From Chiloscyllium plagiosum (Eukaryota), in NCBI RefSeq assembly GCF_004010195.1, contig NC_057719.1, positions 27,054,621-27,074,620 of the forward strand: a DNA stretch of 20,000 nucleotides, given 5' to 3'. The notes beneath the pieces are model-generated. The model did no database searches. It was not told where the DNA came from and saw only the letters and a program-made list of their open reading frames with translations. Below are positions 10,670 to 20,000 of this stretch, one piece after another; positions within the stretch are counted from its first letter, which is position 1; each line of letters starts with the position of its first letter. The position numbers and the translations under genes are program-made.

Positions 10670-11367
10670 CCCACCAACACTGTGATTTTTGTGTGGCTCA
10701 CTTTATTACAGTGAAATCACTGGAGATTTTTAACTTCTTTGCTCCCTCAAGGGGTTTTTTCTACCCTGTGGTAAGTTATCCTTATGATCTTCACTGAGAT
10801 CTACCTTTCCCTTTCCACATAAGGGTTTCTCTTTGCCCCAATTCCTATCCCTCATGGACTGAAATTGATTCTGAAAGCCAGACCTGGTTTAATGGATCAG
10901 CTCATAATCATCAGCCACTTCAGCTGCTAACCTTGCTGTTTTAACTCAATGCTCTCCCACATGAGCTTGCACTGCTTCCTCATTAAGATTACCTTCAGCC
11001 TTTATCTCCAGCCTTTTAAGCTGACTTCCTTTTTTAAGTGTCAGTTTTTGAAGTTCAAAAGCTCACTCTTTTTCTTTCTTTGCTCTCTCTGTTCTGCTTT
11101 TAGTCTTAACTCAAGCTGTTTCATTTCTGCTGCCCTTCTCTCTCACCTCTGCTTCATTTGCAATTGAATTCTTGTCATCTCTATAGATTCAGATGGTTTC
11201 TCCAGCAAGTTTGAAAGATGAGCTACTGCTGCAATTGTCTCTCCTTTCCCCACAGAATCAAGCAGTTCCAATTCCAGCTTCTCTGCTAATTCTTGCAACT
11301 TGGTCTTATTCACTTTTTGCAAGACTGCCAAAGTCACCAGAAAACCTTTGGTGACTGAAAGAGCCAT
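10670..11367 (-). pseudogene. gag remnant
   Basis: Starts MALSVTKGFL...KTKLQELAEKLEL, followed by an E/K/R-rich coiled coil. Then VKTARLAAEVADDYELIH (capsid C-terminal end, ~10890-10945) and a degenerate zinc knuckle *FHCNKVSHTKSQC with a 1-nt frameshift (~10677-10719). Confidence 0.8.
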
Positions 11368-11445
11368 TTCTATTCCAAGCTTTGTCTACCCAACCAAACC
11401 AACACCTGAAATAAAGACACTAGCACCTATCACTCACTGTTTAAA

Positions 11446-11463
11446 ATCTGGGACGAGCCCCCA
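11446..11463 (-). promoter_or_regulatory. Primer-binding site, tRNA-Pro
   Basis: Minus strand TGGGGGCTCGTCCCAGAT, a 16/18 match to the canonical tRNA-Pro PBS TGGGGGCTCGTCCGGGAT. Confidence 0.9.
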
Positions 11464-11466
11464 ACC

Positions 11467-12113
11467 TGTTATGGACCAATCCAGACCATTCAAAACATGC
11501 TTAAGCAGACAGCTCAGACCATAACTTGGCAATTTGTTTTGGTACATGTACAGTGAAAATTACCCAGAGTAAGTTAGCTAGGTTGACGACTAGATTTTAA
11601 AACAGACAAAAATGTATTCACAAAATTACACAATGAAACACAAAGGACAGAATAAAGAACCACGACAGAACTCATCCTATCCAACTAAACTTAATTATGC
11701 TGTTCCGAATATTCACAATAGTCCCAATAAGCAAACTCCCTTTAAAAACCAGTGTAAGTGGAACACATGTCTATAGGTTGAAATTGAAGGACAGGAAAGA
11801 GAGAGGTTCCATAAAGCTCCCTGTTGAGTTTCCAACCAGCTCACGACTGAACTAAAACTGCTCAGCTCAGTTAGAGAGCTGACCATTCCCCCTTTCATTA
11901 TACAGGTCACTTCTAAAACATGACCACTTTGGCCTGAAGTCTCATCTGCTTACATATAAACAAAAGGTCTCTCATAATCCTTTTCATCTCTGTACCAAAG
12001 CAGACTGATCGGAACCTGGTCCGCTTTATTGCCCCTCTGAAAAAAAAATCAAGGACAAAGTACCCTTGAGCCAAGGAACAGCTTTTAGAAAAAAAAGGAC
12101 TAGCTTTGTGCCA
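11467..12113 (-). repeat. 5' LTR (~647 bp) of the Gypsy element
   Basis: The minus strand runs TGGCACAAAG...CCATAACA (TG...CA). It lies 3 nt from the PBS and abuts CR1 sequence at 12114. There is no second LTR to confirm the outer edge. Confidence 0.8.
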
Positions 12114-12690
12114 GTATCCTCTGACAATCTTCCTCACTATCCACAAATCCATCAATCCTTGCATTGTCTGCTAATTAAACCAGCTATGTTTTCCTCCAAA
12201 TCATTTATGTCAAGCACTGATCCCTGTGGAACACCACTCGTCACTGCCCTCCATTCTGAAAAGCATCCTTTCACCGCTACCCTCTGTCTCCTGTGACTAA
12301 GCCAGTTCTGTATTCATCTTGCTGGCTCACCCCTGATACCATGTGATTTGACCTTTTATACCAGTCTGCCATGAGGGACCTTGTCAAAGGCTTTACTGAA
12401 GTCCAAATAGGCAACATCAACCAGTTCTCCCTCATTAATCATCTTCGTCACCTCCTTGATCGAATTACTGAGGCACAACTTCACCTGAACAAAACCATGC
12501 TGCCTATCGCTAATAAGTCCATTTGCTTTTAAATACGTAGAATTCTTGGTCCTTGAGAATCTTATCCAACCATTTCCCTCCTATTGAGACTCACAGACCT
12601 GTCATTTCTAGGATTATCCCTGCTACTCTTCTTAAACAATGGGGCAACATTGGCTATTCTCCACTCCTTTGGGAATAGCCAATGATGAAC
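12114..12690 (-). mobile_element. Older CR1 RT fragment
   Basis: The minus strand shows degenerate ANVAPLFKK, DFSKAFDKVPHGRL, SGVPQGSVL and ADxxxxxGxVDSEEDCQRI motifs. Confidence 0.85.
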
Positions 12691-13303
12691 AAGAAGTTTA
12701 CTAACATGACAGATTCAGAGGATTATTTGCTGCACAGCATTTTGGACCCTGGGGGTGGTTTGCAGATCTTCTCCTAAATGCAGTTTTTCTTTTGTTATTG
12801 TCAGTCATATTTCCATTCATGTAGGTGTGAGGTTAAGATACTGACAGTAGTTAGTTAGTTAGATCTAGATATTGCCAACATTTTAGGTAAATGTTAGGTC
12901 TGCAACTATTTCAAGCTAAATGCAGAAATAGTTTCGTTGGCAATGATCACAGAGTTGGGAATCCTTGTTAGCACTTTAAGATTGACTCATTTTGAACATT
13001 AGGCCAGAAAGAGAGAAAACAATTTAAGGAATTTACAGAGGCAGCCTTAGGAACAACAATTAAGAGTCAACCAGATCAGCATTCTTGACTTATTTTATTC
13101 TTTTATAAGATCTGAGATTGACTGTCAAGGCCATTTGCTACACTTCCACAATTGCCTTTGAGAACATTCTGCAGGTCTCTCTTGTCTTTGTTCTCGGGCA
13201 GCTCGGCTGCAGTGGAACCATCAGCATTGGCAATAGCAACGAGTGTGGCTGAATGACCAATTCATGCTGCTGATTCATATGGTCACATATTCATGTGTTT
13301 AAT

Positions 13304-13593
13304 GGTTGGCACAGTGGCTCAGTGGTTAGCATGACTGCCTCAGTGTTAGGGACCCAGGTTTAATTTCATCCTCGGACAATTGTCTGTGTGGAGTTTGCAT
13401 ATTTTCCCCCTATCTGTGTGGGTTCTTCGAGGTTCCCCAGTTTCCTCCCACAGTCCAAAGATGTGCAGGTTAGGTGGATTAGTCATGGGATATGCAGGGT
13501 TACAGGGGTAGAGTAAGGGGATGGATCTAGGTGAGGGTAGGTCTGGACCCCATGGGCCAGATGGCCTGCTTCCACACTGTAGGGATTCTGTGA
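13304..13593 (+). mobile_element. tRNA-derived SINE (HE1-like, older subfamily)
   Basis: A box TGGCTCAGTGG, decayed B box, shared body tgtgtggagtttgca...cccacagtccaaagatgtgcagg, and tail gggccagatggcctgcttccacactgtagggattctgtga. Confidence 0.88.
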
Positions 13594-13724
13594 ACATGAT
13601 TAGATATGCCTGGTAAGGCCAGTGAAAGAGACCGGCAGTGAATCCCCACAGTGAGAAGAGAGCCACAGAAGTCGAAGTACCAGGTTGAAAACCTGAGGAG
13701 AACCAAAGTGAATCCCTAAGTATT

Positions 13725-14012
13725 ATTTTTTCCCCTCTTGTTGGAGAATCTAGAACTGGGAGTCATTGTTTAAAACTAAATGGTCACCTATCTAAGACAG
13801 AGATGAGGCAAAAATAAAACGTGCTCAGAGGATCATTGAGTGGAAGCTGAGTCTTTGAATAGTTTAAGGCAAAAGTTTATATACTTTTGGTGAGCAAAGG
13901 GGTGAAAAGATATTTGAATTAAATGGAGTGTAGAGTAATCAGATCAGCAATGATTTTCATGAATGGCAAAGTGGATTGGAAGGGGATGGGTCACCTATTC
14001 TGGCTCCTGATT
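13725..14012 (+). mobile_element. Decayed CR1 3' end
   Basis: FPLVGESRTGSHCLK-like CR1 C-terminal motif followed by a CR1-type UTR ending cctattctggctcctgattc. Confidence 0.7.
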
Positions 14013-14529
14013 CAGGAGAGTTTTTGATACATTTAGTTTGGATTCTGTAACAGTGAAGAAGCCCCCAGGATGCTGTAATACATTGGACAACTCTCGACTG
14101 GTAACAAAATATTCTGTTGGGATATTTGGGCTTAAATAATAAGATTTATAAAAAGTTAGAAGTACTTTATTTGTTCCATACTTGAAGGATAAAATGTTTT
14201 GTTTAACACATAAAATCATTTTTATGTTCCTTTTTACTTACAGTTTAAAAAAAAGCTGGGAGGTCAAATTTTCTTTTAAAACTTCACGTTCTCTCTCAAG
14301 ATCATAACAGGTACCATAACCTCCAGTGAAGTTGCTTGATATTAGTATTGAAAGCTGGTGGAAGAAGAGAATTCTTTAACAGTTGTGAGAAGAGAGAATA
14401 AAATTCACAGTTATCCTGACTATACTCAGATAAAGCAGGGAAGCATTTTAGAGGAGCAGAACCCATTAACAGAGTTTCAAAGAGAAGATCTTCACAACTG
14501 TTCCATGAATTAACACTTTCCCCAGGACT

Positions 14530-14855
14530 ATTCACCAGGGCTTCTGAGACTGCACTTTCCAAATCCACAATGACCACCCTCTAAAAAGACATGGGGTTCA
14601 AATATATGGAACACCACCAAAGATCCCCTCCAAATCACACACTAATCTCACTTGGAAATATATCTCCTTTCCTTCAATGTCACTGGGCAAAATTCTTGGA
14701 CTCCCTTCCTCAAGGCATTGTGAGTGACCCCCCCCCCCCCCGCCACCAAATGGGCTGCAGGACTTTAAGAGGCAGCTCACCCACCACCTTCTCAAGGGCA
14801 CCTAGGGATTGGCAATAAATGCTGGTGCAACCCATATCACATGAATTAAAAAAAA
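14530..14855 (+). mobile_element. 3' end of a CR1/L2-group LINE
   Basis: Degenerate SFxVTGxxSWxSLP...FKxxxHHLLKG end of ORF2, then ggcaataaatgctgg and an A-rich tail at 14848-14855. Contains a C14 run at 14728-14741. Confidence 0.7.
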
Positions 14856-15683
14856 GAGCACCTTACAGTAAATGATTTTTGTCTCATAATTTGTTGGAAG
14901 GTTTGATTTTAGTTGCTGACTCAACATGTAAGCTAGACTGACAGAGTGAGAAAGATATTAAGTCATCTTACAAAATATGTAATGTGCTGCAGTTTCACGA
15001 CAGGAGAGGTTTTTTTCCTCTAATAGCTAGTAGTCTGGATTCTCTTCTTAGGTAAAGGGACAATGTGTATTTATTACATGAGCCCTTCAGTCTACTGTCT
15101 TCCCGCCAATGTGTTGATAGCCTTTAACAAAACTCCCATCCTCTGCAACCTGGCCTACCACCAGAGGTTTATTGGAGATTGCATTTTGTCAATAATCAAT
15201 AATTAAAACAAATGAGACTCTTTTACAGGTACATCTGTAGGACTAAAGAGATTGCTTGACAGATGCTTAACTACTTATAGTGCACTCTGATAGGCTCACC
15301 ATTATTGTTAGCAAAAAATCTGGACTAATGTATTACTCTGAATTCATGAGTGGCTAAAAATTTAATTTTTTTAAGTTAATTTAACTGCTAGGACTATCAA
15401 TGATGGACCAAAAGTAAGGATGTAGATTTGGATGAAAGATGGTAATACTAGATTTCTGGTTTAAAAGTAGCATGGTTATTGAAACTCAGCCCAAAGTCCT
15501 CATATAATTAGCATTGGCAAAGTTTCTGCTCAGTGACTTCACACATTAATACATAGAATATAAAGCACATCATCCAGCACCAGGACATAAACGCCTCTGA
15601 CTTATATTCCTTCTGTGCTTCACATAGAGATAAGAGTTTCTGCATTATGTGTAAAATTAATCACTTGTTTTTAATCCATCTAG

Positions 15684-15965
<282 letters not shown>

Positions 15966-17198
15966 TAATATAAACTATGAAGGGAGATCCTCTTTCTGAA
16001 AAAGTGTGCAAACCTTTGGTTTATTGCCTATATAATAATTACTAATCCAACTCATGCTGCACATGATGCTATATAATTTATCAAGGACAGCCTCATGGAA
16101 AATATGCATGGCCTTTTCGGGATTTTCTTTTTAAGTTAAGTAAAATATGTTAGGGGTTTTTTGCGCGATATGTTAGGGTAATTGGAATTGATTCCTACTT
16201 ATATTGGGTTGACTTCAATAAAATTCATCACGATTTATGTAATGATTATAAATCTATAATTAATATGGAAGTCTGCAGTTGTCTTCTTAGTTAAGAGAAT
16301 CCATAGTTTTCCTTTGTTATTATTTATGATGGTGTATGAATCATCTTTAAATTGCATGTCCAATTTTAATTTAGTAACCCATATTTTCAAAGGCCATTCC
16401 ACTATTCTTCATATCTTGTACTCATTGCATTGATTCCTCACCCTTCATTTGATGATCTGTTTATTTTCATTTATCTCTCTCTATACACACACTGTTGTTC
16501 AGCCAAGAGCGTAACCAGGCATGTAACCTACTTTCATGCTTGTAACAATCTTTTTCATGCTTGGATCAAAACATAATAAAAGTCAAATCACACTTAAATC
16601 AAAATATAATAAAAATCCATAAAAGAACAATTATTACATGTCAGATCCACATATACTCAACAAGAACTAAGAAAAACAAGCCATTAAGGCCAGAGAGTTA
16701 CTGTTATTGCAAATAATGGTTATCAGGAGAACTAATTCAATCTTCTGACTACCAGATACCAGATCCTCTTCACCTAAAGTAACTTACACTTCTTTCTAGA
16801 GATCCATTTATTCACAATAAAAGTCACTCACTTGAAATCCAACATTTCAAACAATCATACACCCAAGAGACCATGATCTCTGTCCAAGCTACATCAGCAA
16901 ACAAAAGATCTAATTATTGGAGTGCTTAGTAAGTATGAAAAACCATCTTGTTTTGACCTGACCTGTGGCTTGTGGATGATTTTCAGATTCAATTCCCAGG
17001 TGGGGGCAGAAAAATTCCTTCCACAATTCCCTGAGTCTACATTTGATTTTTTTTCTTGAGCTCGTTTGGAGCACAGTTAAATTCATTTAATATTTAATGG
17101 TGAATGTGTTGGATCGCCTTAGCAAAACAACTGTACAATCATTTTATAACTTCAGGTAAAATGTTCCTTCAATAGTTATGGTCAAGTGATGATTCTAT

Positions 17199-17832
17199 GT
17201 CATAGAGTCATAGAGATGTACAGCACAGAAACAGACCCTTCGGTCCAACTTGTCCATGCTGACCAGGTATCCCAACCTAATCTAGTCCCATCTGCCAGCA
17301 CCCAGCCCATATTCCTCCAAACCCTTCCTATTCATATACCAATCCAGATGCCTTTTAAATGTTGCAATTGTACTAGCCTTCACCACTTCCTCTGGCATAA
17401 ATGACAAAAAGTAGTGGACCCAGCACCAATCCTTGTGGCACTCCACTGGTCATAGACCTCCAGTCTGAAAAACAAACCTTCATCACCACCCTCTGTCTTC
17501 TACCTTTGAGCCAGTTCTCTATCCACTTGGATAGTTCTCCCTGTATTCTTTGAGATCTAACCTTGCTTCCCAGTTTTCCATGGGAAACCTTATCAAACGC
17601 CTTACTGAAATGCATATAGTTCAAATCCACCACTCTGCCATCATCAATCCTCTTTGTTACTTATTTAAGTTTGTGAGACATGATTTCCCATGCACAAAGC
17701 CATGTTGACTATCCCTAATCAGTCCTTGCCTTTCCAAATACATGTACATCCAGTCCCTCAGGATTTCCTCCAACAACTTGCCCACCACCAACGTCAGGCT
17801 CACTGGTCTACAGTTCCCTGGCTTGTCCTTAC
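17199..17832 (-). mobile_element. CR1 LINE: 3' end joined directly to an RT fragment
   Basis: Tail gtcatagagtcatagag plus terminal hairpin region (17199-17265). RT motifs KDKPGNCRPVSLT...QHGFVHGKSCLTNL and FSKAFDKVSH...SGVPQGLVLGPLLFVIY (17398-17832). Confidence 0.93.
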
Positions 17833-18489
17833 ATGTCCATCCAAGCACATGAAGAATTTTCATTACAATTTGAAAAATTGTAAATTATGAATGATAAAGT
17901 GAGGGCAATGTTAGTAAAATAAAGGAAAATATCGTATGGAGTTGATATCTTCAAGTCAAAAGGACTCTTCAGATTTATTTGTATAGAAAAGCACTATAAT
18001 TGTAATTAGTTCCACAATATGTATATATTATATATACATATATATTGTATTTTATTTGGCATCCAGGACAAAGATTTTTTTTCAACTCTTCACAAATAAT
18101 GTAAACCATGTCAAAATTAATTAGTGTAGAATTGTGTCAAACATGTGAGATTGTTAATTACATTCAAAAAGATTTAAAAGAATTAGATCTTATATGGGGG
18201 TTGCATCAACTATAATATTTGAAAGGCATCAGAAATACCACTTCTGCTGCTTCTGAACTTTTAGACTGAAACCACAGTGAAGAATGATGGACTATGTAGA
18301 GCCAGAATTTACACTGAGCACAATGGTCAGACTAACAGGGGTCCCAAGGTTCATGTGCAGATTGAAAAGCAACTTCAGACAAGCTCAAAAGGCATGGGAA
18401 TGAGAAAATATTAATTATACATTTCCAAGAAAGGCCATTTATTTTGAATGGTGTTAAGCATGCTTTGCTATTCTATTCATATTTAAGAC

Positions 18490-20000
18490 TTCAGTATGTG
18501 GATGTACCCACTAGAGAAGGTGCAAAACTTGATCCACTCTTGGGAAATAAGGCAGGGCAGGTGACTGAGGTGTCAGTGGGGGAGCACTTTAGGGCCAGCG
18601 ACCATAATTCTACTCGTTTTAAAATAGTGATGGAAAAGGATAGACCAGATCTAAAAGTTGAAGTTCTAAAATAGAGAAAGGCAAATTTTGACGGTATTAG
18701 GCAAGAACTTTCAAAAGCTGATTGGAGGCAGTTGTTTGCAGGTAAAGGGACGGCTGGAAAATGGGAAGCCTTCAGAAATGAGATAAAAAGAATCCAGAGA
18801 AAATATATTCCTGTCAGGAAAGGGAAGGCTGGTAGGTATAGGGAATGCTGAATGAATAAAGAAATTGAGGGTTTGGTTAAGAAAAAGAAGGAAGAATATG
18901 TCAGGTATAGACAGGATAGATCGAGTGAATCCTTAGAAGAGTATAAAGGAAGTAGGAGTATACTTAAGAGGGAACTCAGGAGGGCAAAACGGGGACATGA
19001 GATAGCTTTGGCAAATAGAATTAAGGAGAATCCAAAGGGTGTTTATAAATATATTAAGGACAAAAGGGTAACTAGGGAGAGAATAGGGCCCCTCAAAGAT
19101 CAGCAAGACAGCCTTTGTGTGTAGCCACAGAAAATGGGGGAGATACTAAATGAATATTTTGCATCAGTATTTACTGTGGAAAAGGATATGGAAGATATAG
19201 ACTGTAGGGAAATAGATGGTGACATCTTGCAAAATGTCCAAAATACAGAGGAGGAAGTGCTGGATGGCTTGAAACGGTTGAAGGTGGACAAATTCCCAGG
19301 ACCTGATCAGGTGTACCCGAGAACTCTGTGGGAAGCTAGAGAAGTGATTGCTGGGCCTCTTGCTGAGGTTTTGTATCATCGATAGTCACAGGGGAGGTGC
19401 CAAAAGACTTGAGGTTGGCAAACATGGTGCCACTGTTTAAGAATGGCGGTAAAGACAAGCCAGGGAACGAGAGACCGGTGAGCCTGACCTTGGTGGTGAG
19501 CAAGTTGTTGGAGGGAATCCTGAGGGACAGGATGTACATGTATTTGGAAAGGCAAGGACTGATTTAGGATAGTCAACATGGCTTTGTGCGTGGGAAATCA
19601 TCTCTCACAAACTTGATTGAGTTTTTTGAAGAAGTAACAAAGAAGATTGATGAGGGCAGAGCAGTAGATGTAAGGCTTCAGTAAGGCGTTCAACAATGTT
19701 CCTCCATGGGAGACTGATTAGCAAGGTTAGATCTCATGGAATACAGGGAGAACTAGCCATTTGGACACAGAACTGGCTCAAAGGTAGAAGACAGAGGGTG
19801 GTGGTGGACGGTTGTTTTTCAGACTGGAGGCCTGTGACCAGTGGAGTGCCACAAGGATCGGTACATAAATGATTTGGATGCGTGCATAAGAAGTACAGTT
19901 AGTAAGTTTGCAGATGACACCAAAATTGGAGGTGTAGTGGACAGCGAAGAGGGTTATCTCAGATTACAACAGGATCTGGACCAGATGGGCCAATGGGCTG
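18490..20000 (+). mobile_element. CR1 LINE ORF2 (end of endonuclease, tether, RT); continues past the window
   Basis: QYVDVPTREGAKLD..SDHN; IKENPKGVYKYIK; LNEYFASVFT; KFPGPDQVYPR; SGVPQGS; SKFADDTKIGG (FADD at 19907-19918). Several stops and frameshifts. Confidence 0.96.

Larger units (their letters stand above)
7712..12113 (-). mobile_element. Decayed Ty3/Gypsy LTR retrotransposon, Gmr1-like (LTR-PBS-gag-PR-INT-RT), truncated just after RT YIDD
   Basis: The domains appear in order on the minus strand (see sub-features), with many stops and frameshifts. RNase H, PPT and the 3' LTR are absent. Confidence 0.92.

Noticed and set aside
14728..14741. C14 run as a regulatory G-quadruplex
   Set aside because: It is a homopolymer expansion inside a LINE remnant, with no other support.

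Overview
This is eukaryotic DNA from a cartilaginous fish (shark-type HE1 SINEs and CR1/HER1-like LINEs). The window is almost entirely intronic and holds one internal coding exon of the EAG2 potassium channel gene KCNH5 (15684-15936, + strand, C-linker/CNBHD). The introns are filled with decayed retroelements: several CR1 fragments, four tRNA-derived SINEs and an old L2-like remnant. They also contain a 3'-truncated Ty3/Gypsy LTR element with the unusual Gmr1-like order (gag-PR-INT-RT) and a tRNA-Pro PBS. Other notable items are a palindromic Penelope-type end carrying hammerhead-ribozyme core motifs, and an old unclassified ~650-bp repeat in two copies, each hit by a different younger element at about the same site. 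I see no intact novel protein-coding system; most ORFs in the track are TE debris or antisense artefacts. TE boundaries are approximate unless a TSD or terminal motif is quoted.
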